Origin: an uncultured Candidatus Actinomarina sp.
GTDB lineage: Bacteria; Actinomycetota; Acidimicrobiia; Actinomarinales; Actinomarinaceae
Assembly (NCBI GenBank): GCA_902526825.1
Contig: CABZMN010000002.1
Location: 26,265-90,264, forward strand
Direction of reading: 5' to 3'
DNA: 64,000 nt
Shown piece after piece: positions 1 to 9,835 of the stretch. The notes beneath the pieces are model-generated. The model ran no database searches. It worked only from the letters and a program-made list of their open reading frames with translations, and was not told the origin of the DNA. Within the stretch, counting starts at the first letter, position 1. Each line of letters begins with the position of its first letter. A program made the position numbers and the translations under genes.

Positions 1-395
1 ATAAAGAAGCTACTCGAATGCCGGGAATTACCGGTGAAAACTTGTTGGTACTTTTAGAATCTAGAATTGATAATGTTATTTATAGAGCTGGATTTGCATC
101 TACTAGACCTCAAGCTAGACAGCTAGTTTCTCATAGGCATTTTAAATTGAATGGGAACCTCGTAGATATTCCATCTATACAGGTCAAGCCAGGAGATAAA
201 ATTGAGCTAAAAGATCAAAGCAATGATTTAATAATTGTTCAACATACCATTGATACTGGACAAGACAGAGAACCTGCATCATGGCTAAAAGTTGATGAAA
301 AGAAGAAAAATATTGAAGTTTTAAACCAACCTACAAGAAATGACGCAAGTCAACAAATTGAAGAACAATTAATAGTAGAACTTTATTCGAAATAG
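1..395 (+). CDS. rpsD: 30S ribosomal protein S4, C-terminal part (5' end outside window)
   Basis: Frame is open from the window edge (pos 3). ...GENLLVLLESRIDNVIYRAGFASTRPQARQLVSHRHF...QLIVELYSK matches the S4 RNA-binding domain and the conserved S4 C-terminus. Followed by rpoA as in the canonical alpha operon. Confidence 0.9.
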   Translation, partial: KEATRMPGITGENLLVLLESRIDNVIYRAGFASTRPQARQLVSHRHFKLNGNLVDIPSIQVKPGDKIELKDQSNDLIIVQHTIDTGQDREPASWLKVDEKKKNIEVLNQPTRNDASQQIEEQLIVELYSK

Positions 396-416
396 AATAT
401 AGGAGAGGAGCAAAAA

Positions 417-1376
417 GTGTTAATTTTACAAAGACCTGAAATATCACAAGAGGATCTTGGAAAGTCAAGATCAAATTTTGTTATTGAACCACTTGAACCA
501 GGATTTGGTTTAACTCTAGGTAATACAATGAGAAGGGCTTTATTATCAAGAGTCCCAGGTGTTGCTGTAACTGGAGTAAAAATTGATGGAGTAAACCATG
601 AATTTACTTCTGTTCCTGGTGTTGTAGAAGATGTCCTTGATATCTTACTCAACCTAAAAAGATTAGTCTTAAAGGTAGACGATCAAGAAAGCCATACATT
701 GACAGTAAAAGCTAAAGGCCCAGGAGAAGTGAAAGCTGCACAAATTCAATGTCCAGCTGGAGTTGAAGTTGTGAACACAGATCTAAAAATTTGTACCCTT
801 TCAAACGATTCAACATTAGATATGGAAGTTTCTATTGCTCATGGAGTTGGGTATCGCTTAGCTGATAAAAATAAAACAAGTGATTCCAGTTTTATTCCAA
901 TTGATTCTATATTTTCACCAGTTGTAAAAGTAAGCTATGCTGTATCACCAACCCAAGTTGGTCAAGTTACCAACTACGATAAATTGAGCTTAGATATTGA
1001 AACTGATGGCTCAATTGAACCTAGTGAAGCAATTTCTTCTGTCGGTAAAACTTTAGGAGAATTGTGGAAACTTTTTGCAGATATTGATGAAGGAGTTGGA
1101 CTTGAATTAGGTGAACTTACCATTTCAGAGGGTAGTTCACCAGACTTGTCATTGTCAGTAGATGCATTAGATTTGTCTGAGAGACCTAGAAATTGTTTGG
1201 GTAGGGAAAATATAACAACAGTTGGTCAAATTTTAGAATATACAGAAGATGACTTGTTAAACCTTACAAACTTTGGACAAAAAAGTTTGGATGAACTTGT
1301 GGCAAAATTAGATGAACTTGGTCTCAGCTTGCCTACAAGCTCTGATTTGAATTCGGACGATAACTCTGATGCCTAA
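417..1376 (+). CDS. rpoA: DNA-directed RNA polymerase subunit alpha
   Basis: GTG start 6 nt after AGGAGAGGAG (401-410). N-terminus ...FVIEPLEPGFGLTLGNTMRRALLS... and C-terminal domain ...LSERPRNCLGRENITTVGQILEYTEDDLLNLTNFGQKSLDEL... are typical RpoA NTD/CTD. Lies between rpsD and rplQ. Confidence 0.95.
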   Translation: MLILQRPEISQEDLGKSRSNFVIEPLEPGFGLTLGNTMRRALLSRVPGVAVTGVKIDGVNHEFTSVPGVVEDVLDILLNLKRLVLKVDDQESHTLTVKAKGPGEVKAAQIQCPAGVEVVNTDLKICTLSNDSTLDMEVSIAHGVGYRLADKNKTSDSSFIPIDSIFSPVVKVSYAVSPTQVGQVTNYDKLSLDIETDGSIEPSEAISSVGKTLGELWKLFADIDEGVGLELGELTISEGSSPDLSLSVDALDLSERPRNCLGRENITTVGQILEYTEDDLLNLTNFGQKSLDELVAKLDELGLSLPTSSDLNSDDNSDA

Positions 1377-1719
1377 ACCTAGAAGAGGCAAATTGCTTGG
1401 GGGATCATCCTCTCATGAAGATCAAATTATTGGTAATTTGATTGCATCGTTAATTGAATTTGAGAAAATTGAGACGACTCTTACAAAAGCTAAAGTTACA
1501 AAGCCTTATGCTGATAAGGTAATTACAAAAGCTAAAAAGGGCTCACTTCATGATAGAAGACAAGTTCTAAAATTTATCCAAAATAAAGCAGTTGTAGCAA
1601 AGCTCTTCGATGAGATAGGTCCAAAATATCAAGATAGAGATGGTGGGTATACCAGAATAACTAGAACAAGTTATAGAAAAGGTGATGGGGCTGAACTCGC
1701 AGTACTTGAGTTAGTTTAA
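1369..1719 (+). CDS. rplQ: 50S ribosomal protein L17
   Basis: MPKPRRGKLLGGSSSHEDQIIGNL...DGGYTRITRTSYRKGDGAELAVLELV is the L17 signature. Overlaps the rpoA stop by 8 nt. Confidence 0.93.
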   Translation: MPKPRRGKLLGGSSSHEDQIIGNLIASLIEFEKIETTLTKAKVTKPYADKVITKAKKGSLHDRRQVLKFIQNKAVVAKLFDEIGPKYQDRDGGYTRITRTSYRKGDGAELAVLELV

Positions 1720-1720
1720 C

Positions 1721-2269
1721 TTGAATACCTTCAAAGACGTTTGGAAACAATTCAAGCTATTTATCAGATTTGATTCTGAAACAATTTTAAAAATAAGCCA
1801 AGATAGATATGAGACCGGGAATGCATTTCTAGTTGTCACAATTAGCCTTCTTGCACTATATGCTCCAATTTTCTTAAATTCAAATTTAAGTAATATTTTT
1901 GATTTAATATTTTTTGGAGTTCTTGACGGAACATTTTCTTGGGTATTCTCAAGTCTTGTAATGTGGTTTGCCCTTGGAAGAATATTTAAAGAAAACATAG
2001 ATTTGAACGCAGTCGTAACAATTACTGGATACTCTCACGGCCTAATTGGTTTTGTTGCACTTTGGTATGTTATTCAAAGTTCATTAATGAATTTTGGAGA
2101 GAGAATTAACCAAGTATTTATTCTTTTGATAATATTTTGGATTTATATGACCGTTTCAAAATCGCTTGAATCAGGATTTTTTATTGAAAAAAGAAATACA
2201 CGAGTTGCATCATCAATATTTATTTTCATACTTTTTTGGACATCCGATCCATTAAAAATCATAATTTAA
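1721..2269 (+). CDS. polytopic membrane protein, Yip1-like (function unknown)
   Basis: TTG start 1 nt after the rplQ stop. About 5 hydrophobic segments. The general layout resembles Yip1-domain proteins, but I recognise no diagnostic motif. Confidence 0.55.
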   Translation: MNTFKDVWKQFKLFIRFDSETILKISQDRYETGNAFLVVTISLLALYAPIFLNSNLSNIFDLIFFGVLDGTFSWVFSSLVMWFALGRIFKENIDLNAVVTITGYSHGLIGFVALWYVIQSSLMNFGERINQVFILLIIFWIYMTVSKSLESGFFIEKRNTRVASSIFIFILFWTSDPLKIII

Positions 2270-2270
2270 A

Positions 2271-2996
2271 TTGCCTACCTACAAAATAGACATTTCCTAC
2301 AATGGAACCAATTTTCATGGTTTTCAACAACAGCCAAAAAATAGAACTATACAGGGTGAAATATTAGAAGTTCTTGACAAACTTATTGATAATTATGAAC
2401 TTAATTATTCTGGAAGAACAGACTCTGGTGTTCATGCAAAGTCACAAATAATATCTGTTCGTTCGCAACATGAACTAAATAGTAAATTTTTACACTCGTT
2501 TAATTCCTTAGTAACAAATGAGATAAGAATGAACAAATTGAGTAAAGTAAAAGACGAATTTAATCCAAGATTTGATGCAAAATCAAGGGTTTACAGATAT
2601 TTTATTCTTAACAATTCAAAGGAATTACCTTTTTCAAAAGATTATGTCTATTACATTGAAAAAAACTTTGAACTTGAACAACTTAATAATATTTCAAAAA
2701 TTTTCTTGGGTGAAAAAAACTTTCAAAATTTCTCTAAATTGAGAACTAATCAGACACCATTGAGAAAAATTTTATTTAGCAAGTGGTCAGTTCAGAATTC
2801 AAAATTTATATACACAATCGAGGGAAACTCGTTCCTTCATAATATGGTTAGATCTATTGTTGGGTGCCAGCTTGCGGTTATCGATGGAAAAATTTCAATC
2901 AAAGACCTCAAAAAGTCATTATTGAATCCAAATGATACCAGGCACAGATTTATGGTTCCAAGTAGTGGGCTGCACTTATGGAAAATCAAATACTAG
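2271..2996 (+). CDS. truA: tRNA pseudouridine(38-40) synthase TruA
   Basis: YKIDISYNGTNFHGFQQQP...YSGRTDSGVHAKSQ (catalytic Asp motif GRTDxGVHA). Conserved position after rplQ. TTG start. Confidence 0.9.
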   Translation: MPTYKIDISYNGTNFHGFQQQPKNRTIQGEILEVLDKLIDNYELNYSGRTDSGVHAKSQIISVRSQHELNSKFLHSFNSLVTNEIRMNKLSKVKDEFNPRFDAKSRVYRYFILNNSKELPFSKDYVYYIEKNFELEQLNNISKIFLGEKNFQNFSKLRTNQTPLRKILFSKWSVQNSKFIYTIEGNSFLHNMVRSIVGCQLAVIDGKISIKDLKKSLLNPNDTRHRFMVPSSGLHLWKIKY

Positions 2997-3054
2997 TTTC
3001 CATAAATATGAATACAATTTATACTTAAGTTTCGTTACGATTCTTTAAGGTTTT

Positions 3055-3510
3055 ATGAGTACAAAAACGACATTTGATGGTGTTGAGTCATCTGAAAGAA
3101 ATTGGCATTTAGTTGATGCAAGTGGATTACCTGTAGGTAGATTAGCTAGTGAGATAGCCCAAATATTAAGAGGAAAGCATAAACCACAATTTGCTCCTCA
3201 CTTAGATGTAGGAGACTATGTTGTAGTAATCAATGCATCAAAAATTCAGGCTACTTCAAAAAAACCTGAGCAAAAAATGTATTACGATCATTCAGGTTAT
3301 CCTGGCGGTTTAAAAGAAGAATCCTTTAATTCTTTGAAAAAAAGAAAACCGGAAAAAATTATAGAACGCGCAGTGTGGGGAATGCTTCCAAAAAATAGAC
3401 TAGGAAGATCAATTTTAAAGAAATTATATGTTTATAGAGATGAAACTCATCCACATGGTGCTCAAAATCCATCTGAACTAAGTTTTGATATAAAGAAAGT
3501 AGTTGAATAA
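3055..3510 (+). CDS. rplM: 50S ribosomal protein L13
   Basis: ...RNWHLVDASGLPVGRLASEIAQILRGKHKPQFAPHLDVGDYVVVINA...YYDHSGYPGG... is the L13 signature. Confidence 0.95.
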   Translation: MSTKTTFDGVESSERNWHLVDASGLPVGRLASEIAQILRGKHKPQFAPHLDVGDYVVVINASKIQATSKKPEQKMYYDHSGYPGGLKEESFNSLKKRKPEKIIERAVWGMLPKNRLGRSILKKLYVYRDETHPHGAQNPSELSFDIKKVVE

Positions 3511-3899
3511 TGAGTAAAACAATTTTAGGAACTGGAAGAAGAAAAACATCTGTAGCAAGAGTTATGTTGAGTGAAGGTGAGGGAAATTTTGAATTCAATG
3601 GTAAAACAATCGAAGACTATTTTCCAAGCCCCTCTATGAGGATGACAATCAACAAACCATTTAACGTAGTTGGGATGGAAAAAAAGTTTAATTTAAAAGT
3701 TAATGTGAATGGAAGTGGTTTATCTGCCCAGGCTGATGCTGTAGCTTTAGGTATTTCCAGAGCATTAATTCAATTTGATCCAGAACTTAGACCAAAACTA
3801 AAAAAAGCAGGTCTTCTCACTAGAGATGCTCGTAAAGTTGAAAGAAAAAAATACGGACTAAAGAAAGCCCGTAGAGCAGAGCAATTTACTAAAAGATAA
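3510..3899 (+). CDS. rpsI: 30S ribosomal protein S9
   Basis: ...GTGRRKTSVARV...GGLSAQADAVALGISRAL...LLTRDARKVERKKYGLKKARRAEQFTKR is the S9 signature. ATG overlaps the rplM stop (TAATG). Confidence 0.95.
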   Translation: MSKTILGTGRRKTSVARVMLSEGEGNFEFNGKTIEDYFPSPSMRMTINKPFNVVGMEKKFNLKVNVNGSGLSAQADAVALGISRALIQFDPELRPKLKKAGLLTRDARKVERKKYGLKKARRAEQFTKR

Positions 3900-3906
3900 T
3901 AATTCA

Positions 3907-5211
3907 TTGAAGAAGTATTTTGGTACTGATGGTATTAGGGGTATACCTAACGATACTTTAAGTCAAGATCTTATATCAAAAATATCCGCATCTGTTGAGC
4001 AACATATAAATCCTAAAAATATTGGTGTCATTTCAGATACACGTTCATCCTCAGATGAAATTCTGAATTGGATTTCCATAGGATTTTCAAGCAAAGTAAA
4101 TATTTATAATCATGGAGTTTTACCTTCTGGTTCAATGCCTATAATTTTGAAAAAATTTAATTACGATCTTGGAATTATAATTTCTGCTTCACATAATCCT
4201 GCTGAATATAACGGCATAAAGTTAATTCAAGAAAACGGATCAAAATTAGATGATGATGTTGAAATATCAATTGAAAAAAATATTGATAACTTAGAACTAC
4301 CAAATCAACATGCTGAAATTATTAATTTAAGTGATGGACATCTTGAATATCTAAATTTTCTTGATGAGGTTACAGATATTGATTTTAGTCATTTTCAAAT
4401 ACTCATCGATGCAGCAAACGGATCAGCGTCAACTGTCATAAAAGAGTTATTTGATAAAAAAAATGCATATTACAGAATTATCAACAATCAACCGGATGGC
4501 TTAAATATAAATAAAGACTGTGGAGCAACAGTCCCTGAAAATCTACAAAAAAATATTGAAAAGGGTGAAATTGGTGCATCTTTTGATGGTGATGCCGATA
4601 GATTGATAATGGTCGATGAAAATGGAGATATTGTAAATGGTGATCTGATATTAACAATTCTTTCAAAATATTTATCAGAAGTAAATCAGCTTACCAATAA
4701 CATTGTTGTTAGTACGGTAATGTCAAATTATGGCTTTAAACAAGCCATAGAAAAATTTAATTTTGATCTTATTGAAACTCCAGTTGGTGATAAATATGTT
4801 GCAGAGGCAATGAAAAAATATGACGCTGCTTTAGGGGGAGAACAGTCTGGTCACATCATTATTTCTGACCTATTACCAGTTGGTGACGGTCTAGTTACAT
4901 TAATCTATGTTTTGAAAGCTATGCAACACTTTGGTGTAGCTTTGAGTGATTTTAAGAAAGAGAATCTGTATGAATACCCACAAAAACTGACAAACCTAGA
5001 ATTAAAAAATAAATTAAATGACGAAGAATTAGAATACATAAACCAGATAGCTTTGGACATGTCAATAAAAAAAGATTTAGACGGAAGATATTTAATACGT
5101 AATTCAGGGACAGAGCCATTATTGCGTGTACTTGTAGAGGCTAAAAGTAATGAAGCTATGGAAGATTTTTCAAATGAGCTTATTACAAAAATTAATAAAT
5201 ACCTAAATTAA
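3907..5211 (+). CDS. glmM: phosphoglucosamine mutase
   Basis: KYFGTDGIRG N-terminus, phosphoserine loop SASHNPAEYNGIK, Mg site FDGDADR, GGEQSGH. TTG start. Conserved position after rpsI. Confidence 0.92.
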   Translation: MKKYFGTDGIRGIPNDTLSQDLISKISASVEQHINPKNIGVISDTRSSSDEILNWISIGFSSKVNIYNHGVLPSGSMPIILKKFNYDLGIIISASHNPAEYNGIKLIQENGSKLDDDVEISIEKNIDNLELPNQHAEIINLSDGHLEYLNFLDEVTDIDFSHFQILIDAANGSASTVIKELFDKKNAYYRIINNQPDGLNINKDCGATVPENLQKNIEKGEIGASFDGDADRLIMVDENGDIVNGDLILTILSKYLSEVNQLTNNIVVSTVMSNYGFKQAIEKFNFDLIETPVGDKYVAEAMKKYDAALGGEQSGHIIISDLLPVGDGLVTLIYVLKAMQHFGVALSDFKKENLYEYPQKLTNLELKNKLNDEELEYINQIALDMSIKKDLDGRYLIRNSGTEPLLRVLVEAKSNEAMEDFSNELITKINKYLN

Positions 5212-5244
5212 CCATACTTATAGATATACTCTTTATAACGAGCA

Positions 5245-5400
5245 ATATAGCGCCTGGCCTTTAACGAGGTGACGAGGAAGTATGTTATCGAAAAATTCGG
5301 CGGATGCATACTCGGCTCTGCAGTCGATATAAATTGTTTAAAAACAGAAAAAAATTTCTGAACAGAGACAATTTAAAGCAGTCTTTATTTTAACCTGCTC
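5245..5400 (+). ncRNA. glmS ribozyme: glmS ribozyme (GlcN6P-dependent self-cleaving riboswitch) in the glmS 5' UTR
   Basis: Conserved core read directly: A^GCGCC (cleavage between A5249 and G5250), GACGAGG (5271-5277), P2 arms GUAUG (5280-5284) / CAUAC (5307-5311) enclosing UUAUCGAA...UUCGGCGGAUG. Peripheral domain: AAAUUGU (5331-5337) / ACAAUUU (5368-5374) around hairpin CAGAAA (5345-5350) / UUUCUG (5355-5360). Ends just upstream of the glmS ATG at 5418. Confidence 0.82.
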
Positions 5401-5417
5401 GTTGGAATGGAGATATA

Positions 5418-7214
5418 ATGTGTGGAATTGTAGGGTATTCAGGCCCTAAAGAACCTTTACCAATCTTAATAAATGGTCTCTCTCGTTTGGAGTATCGAGG
5501 ATATGATTCTGCTGGAATAGCAATTTCTGATGGAAGCAAAATAACGATTGAAAAAAAAGAGGGTAAACTCGATATCTTAAAAGAACATTTAGAAGATAAG
5601 CAAATTTTAGGAAATATTGGGATTGGTCATACAAGATGGGCAACTCATGGAGTACCGAATGATGTGAATGCACATCCACATTCAGACAATAATGATGAAT
5701 TTGCAATCATTCACAATGGCATTATTGAAAATTATGCAGAAATCAAGAAAGATCTTATAAACGATGGATTTAAATTTAATTCAGACACTGACACGGAGGT
5801 CGTAGCTGTAGAGTTAAGCAGAAAATGGAATGGAAATCTTTTAAAAACAGTCGTGAATGTAGCAAGAACACTTGAGGGAACATATGCCCTTGTTGTAACT
5901 GCAACTAAAGAAGAAGGCACTATTGTTGCAGGAAGATTAATGAGTCCTTTAGTCCTTGGAGTTGGTGATAATGAGGTTTTTCTTGCATCTGATTCAGCAG
6001 CAATCTTGGAACACACAAAGAAAATGATATTTCTTGAAAATGGTGATTTTGTAGAAATTAAAAATGGTAAGTATAAGTTGTTCGATTCTGAATTAAATGA
6101 AATCCAGAGAGAAATTCAAGAAATCGATTGGGAGGTATCTGAAGCAGAGAAGTCAGGGTATGACCATTTTATGTATAAAGAAATACTTGAACAATCTGAG
6201 GTAATCGAAAGAACTTTATCTGGAAGGCTTGAAGCATCCTCAGATGAAATCCCAATTAAGTTAGACGAGGCTTCAAAATTTGAAAAAATTTGGATTGTTG
6301 CATGTGGAACAGCCTATCATGCAGGTTTGTTTGGGAAAGACCTATTTGAGAAAGTTCTTGGAGTTCCGGTAAGTGTTGAGCTTGCTTCCGAGTTCAGATA
6401 TAGAGAACCAATCGTCGGAAAAAACGATTTAGGTATTGTAATTTCCCAGTCCGGAGAAACCATGGACACTATTGCTGCTACAGAATTATTAAAGGAAAAT
6501 GGTTCACATGTTCTTGCTTTAGTAAATGTGGTTGGTAGTTCGCTAGCAAGAATAGCTGATAGTATATTTTATTTACATGTAGGTCCAGAGATAGGAGTAG
6601 CTTCAACCAAAGCTTATTTAGGCATGCTTGTTTCTCAGCTTGTTATAGCAAAACAGTGGGATGCAGAAAATAAGTTAGATGTCTCATTTGATGAAATTGC
6701 AGAACTCCCAAACCTAATAGACCAGACCATGGCTTGTGAAGGGCAAATAAAAGAAATATCCGAAAAAATCTATAAAAAGAATGATATCTATTTTATTGGT
6801 CGAGGATTGGATTATGCTTTGGCAGCTGAAGGTGCATTAAAATTAAAAGAAATTTCCTATCTTCATGCTGAGGCGTTAGCAGCTGGAGAGCTTAAACACG
6901 GCACGCTTGCTTTAATAGAAAAAGGGACCCCTGTAATAGTTACTGCTAGTCAAAATCATCTACTTGATAAGACGACCAGTAATGTACAAGAGGTTATCGC
7001 TAGGGGCGCATATGTAATTGCTATTGGAGATAGTCAATCAGAAAAACTTGAAAATATATCAAATGATTTTGTCACACTACCAGATAGTAATGAAATACTA
7101 ACTACTGTGATCTCGATTATACCTCTACAATTTATTGCTTATCACGTAGCTAACAAGAATGGCCAATCGATTGATCAACCAAGAAACCTTGCAAAGTCAG
7201 TTACTGTAGAATAA
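5418..7214 (+). CDS. glmS: glutamine--fructose-6-phosphate aminotransferase (isomerizing)
   Basis: MCGIVGY N-terminal nucleophile, two SIS domains, C-terminus ...DQPRNLAKSVTVE, characteristic of GlmS. Confidence 0.97.
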   Translation: MCGIVGYSGPKEPLPILINGLSRLEYRGYDSAGIAISDGSKITIEKKEGKLDILKEHLEDKQILGNIGIGHTRWATHGVPNDVNAHPHSDNNDEFAIIHNGIIENYAEIKKDLINDGFKFNSDTDTEVVAVELSRKWNGNLLKTVVNVARTLEGTYALVVTATKEEGTIVAGRLMSPLVLGVGDNEVFLASDSAAILEHTKKMIFLENGDFVEIKNGKYKLFDSELNEIQREIQEIDWEVSEAEKSGYDHFMYKEILEQSEVIERTLSGRLEASSDEIPIKLDEASKFEKIWIVACGTAYHAGLFGKDLFEKVLGVPVSVELASEFRYREPIVGKNDLGIVISQSGETMDTIAATELLKENGSHVLALVNVVGSSLARIADSIFYLHVGPEIGVASTKAYLGMLVSQLVIAKQWDAENKLDVSFDEIAELPNLIDQTMACEGQIKEISEKIYKKNDIYFIGRGLDYALAAEGALKLKEISYLHAEALAAGELKHGTLALIEKGTPVIVTASQNHLLDKTTSNVQEVIARGAYVIAIGDSQSEKLENISNDFVTLPDSNEILTTVISIIPLQFIAYHVANKNGQSIDQPRNLAKSVTVE

Positions 7215-7219
7215 ATAAT

Positions 7220-8302
7220 ATGGATAGAGGTTACGTATATGTAAATAAGACAAATTATTTACATAATATAGAAGTATTAAAACAACTATCAGACAAAGAA
7301 CTTTGCTTAGTTGTCAAAGCCAATGGTTATGGTCATGGCATTGAATGGACCGTCAAAACTGCAATGGAAGCTGGAATCAAATGGTTTGCAGTAGCAGCTA
7401 TTAGTGAAGCAAAAAAAGTCCGAGCTCAATCTGATGAACTAAGGGTATTATTACTTACCGAGCCATCACTTGGTGAGATAGACAATATAGAGAAATATAA
7501 TATCGACTTAACAGTTTATAATGATTTTTTTATTGATGGTCTAGCAAAATCCGGTAAAGCATTCAATACCCATATAAAAATCGATACTGGTATGCACAGA
7601 GTTGGTTGCGAACCAGAAGATTTTAAAAATCTTTATGAAAAAATAACAAACTCTAAAACCATAAATCTTGCTGGTATATGCACCCATTTTCCATTAGCTG
7701 ACGAAGAGATAGAGCCTACAGAAGAATCTATCAAATTGTTCAAACAAACAATAAAGGATGTAGATACAGATAATTTACTTTTACATGCTGATAATTCTGG
7801 ATCATCATTTTACAATTTTGATCCTACGTTTAACCTGTCAAGAGTTGGTCTTGCGGTATATGGGTGCAATATAACACCCACAGAAGTCATTCAAGACCTG
7901 AAACCTACGATGGCAATAAAAACAAGAATATCAAACATTCACCATAGAAAAGAAGGTGAAGCCGTTTCTTATGGAAAAGCACTTACTTTAGAAAGAGATA
8001 CAACTGTTGGTGTATCACCTGTTGGATATGGCGATGGATATCCATGGAGTACATTTCCTGATGGAAAAGTCATAGTTAACAATACATATTGCAATTTGAT
8101 AGGAAGAGTAACGATGGATCAAATTTTATATGACATCACAGATGTGGAGGCAAATATTAATGATGAAGTTGTTCTTTTGGGAAATTCTGAGAACAATGAA
8201 CTTAAAATTACAGTTTTCGATATTGCAAAATGGAATAAGACTATTGAATGGGAGATCCTTACAAATATAAATGAACGACTTGAAAGGGTTGAAATTGAAT
8301 GA
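7220..8302 (+). CDS. alr: alanine racemase
   Basis: PLP-lysine motif VVKANGYGHG, ...SYGKA...VGYGDGYP..., C-terminal beta domain. Actinobacterial synteny alr-tsaE-tsaB-rimI-tsaD. Confidence 0.9.
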   Translation: MDRGYVYVNKTNYLHNIEVLKQLSDKELCLVVKANGYGHGIEWTVKTAMEAGIKWFAVAAISEAKKVRAQSDELRVLLLTEPSLGEIDNIEKYNIDLTVYNDFFIDGLAKSGKAFNTHIKIDTGMHRVGCEPEDFKNLYEKITNSKTINLAGICTHFPLADEEIEPTEESIKLFKQTIKDVDTDNLLLHADNSGSSFYNFDPTFNLSRVGLAVYGCNITPTEVIQDLKPTMAIKTRISNIHHRKEGEAVSYGKALTLERDTTVGVSPVGYGDGYPWSTFPDGKVIVNNTYCNLIGRVTMDQILYDITDVEANINDEVVLLGNSENNELKITVFDIAKWNKTIEWEILTNINERLERVEIE

Positions 8303-8699
8303 GATCGTGCTTAAAGAATCAGATTTAGATGAATTTGCAAAAGATTTCGTAACAAAATTATCAATTCCTTCAGTAATTGGATTCAACGGAAGTCTGGGAG
8401 CTGGTAAGACTTCAATAATTAAAAAGATAATTTATCACCTTGGGATCGAAGATAATGTAACTTCTCCAACATTTAATATTGTAAAAAATTATCTCATAGA
8501 AGATTTAAGTATTTACCATGTTGATCTTTATAGACTTTCATCATTCCAAGAATTTATTGACCTAGATCTTCCTTTGTTTGAAGAAAAAACTTTATTTTTT
8601 GTTGAATGGTCAAACCAACTTCCTAATACAAACCTCATCAATTGGACAATTATTGATATTGATATAATTGATGATTCAACAAGAAAGATAAGGTTTTAA
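8271..8699 (+). CDS. tsaE: tRNA t6A37 biosynthesis ATPase TsaE
   Basis: Walker A GSLGAGKTS followed by ...VTSPTFNIV...HVDLYRL, the TsaE/YjeE signature. The start is uncertain: ATG 8271 overlaps alr by 32 nt, and in-frame TTG 8295 or GTG 8307 are alternatives. Confidence 0.85.
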   Translation: MNDLKGLKLNEIVLKESDLDEFAKDFVTKLSIPSVIGFNGSLGAGKTSIIKKIIYHLGIEDNVTSPTFNIVKNYLIEDLSIYHVDLYRLSSFQEFIDLDLPLFEEKTLFFVEWSNQLPNTNLINWTIIDIDIIDDSTRKIRF

Positions 8700-8700
8700 A

Positions 8701-9396
8701 TTGTATAAATTAGCAATTTCTACATCAGGCGAATATGTTTCTGCAGCAATATTTGAGGAAAAATTACTTGCTAGTTTTGTTTCAAAAACTAATAAGGGCT
8801 CAACTGGAATATTGCTGAATCAAATTAATGAATTATTTGATAAAACAAAAGCAAGCAGAAATGAACTTAATGCACTTTATTTAGATGTTGGACCAGGATA
8901 TTACACTGGACTAAGAATTGGTCTATCAGTTTCCCAAGGACTTGGAGCAGTTTTAGGCATACCTATAATTCCAGTAAATGGTCTCGATGCTCTTGCATTT
9001 GCAGCACATACAAGTCACAGAAAAATATGTTCGTTGATTGATATCAAACGAAATGAGTTTGCTTATTGCGAATATATGCCTGTTCCCGGTGGAGTAACAC
9101 GAGAGTCAGATCCTCAAGTAATTTCAGTTGAAAACTTAGAAATTAAACTTTCTGATGATGCCGATAAAAAATTATTAATAGGAAATTGGGATCTTATAGA
9201 AAATAAAAAAATTCTTACTGATAGTAATACTAAATTAGCCGAGCCAAAATTTGTAACTGCTGAAAATATTTATAACGTTGGTGAAAAAATAAAAGATTAT
9301 CCCAACTTCAATGAAATAAATCTTGAATATATGAGAGAACCTGACGTGACATTATCAAAAGATACTTTGAGTGGGAATGTGAAGTTTTATGATTAA
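8701..9396 (+). CDS. tsaB: tRNA t6A37 biosynthesis protein TsaB
   Basis: TTG start. LAISTSGEYVSAAIF...GPGYYTGLRIGLSVSQGL is the TsaB (inactive Kae1-like) signature. Lies between tsaE and rimI. Confidence 0.8.
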   Translation: MYKLAISTSGEYVSAAIFEEKLLASFVSKTNKGSTGILLNQINELFDKTKASRNELNALYLDVGPGYYTGLRIGLSVSQGLGAVLGIPIIPVNGLDALAFAAHTSHRKICSLIDIKRNEFAYCEYMPVPGGVTRESDPQVISVENLEIKLSDDADKKLLIGNWDLIENKKILTDSNTKLAEPKFVTAENIYNVGEKIKDYPNFNEINLEYMREPDVTLSKDTLSGNVKFYD

Positions 9397-9835
9397 AAGT
9401 TTAGAATTTTGTTCGTCTGAGACAGCACTTCAGTTGTCTAACTTAGAGCAAAATTTATTTTCTATGTCATGGGATGCCAGTATTATTGAGCAAAAAATTA
9501 ATGATAAAAGTTTTAAATATTGGACTTACCAAAATGAAGATAAAATTATAGGTTATTTGGGTATCCAATTTATCCATCACGATATTGAGATTTTAGGAAT
9601 TGGTGTATTGGAAGAATACAGAAAAAAAGGTGTAGCAACCAAACTTATGGACGAATTAATAAGTTATTTTGAAGTTTCAAAATATGAAAAAATTATCTTG
9701 GAAGTTCGTGAATCTAATAAATCTGCTCAGAGTTTGTATAAAAAATACAACTTTAAACATTTTGGTAAAAGAAAAAAATATTATGTCACTGAAGATGCAG
9801 ATATTTTTATAAAGGAAAAAGCATATGCAGAGTGA
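9389..9835 (+). CDS. rimI: ribosomal-protein-alanine N-acetyltransferase (GNAT)
   Basis: GNAT motif A ...IGVLEEYRKKGVATKLM..., ...LEVRESNKSAQSLYKKYNF... Conserved position between tsaB and tsaD. Confidence 0.8.
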   Translation: MIKSLEFCSSETALQLSNLEQNLFSMSWDASIIEQKINDKSFKYWTYQNEDKIIGYLGIQFIHHDIEILGIGVLEEYRKKGVATKLMDELISYFEVSKYEKIILEVRESNKSAQSLYKKYNFKHFGKRKKYYVTEDADIFIKEKAYAE

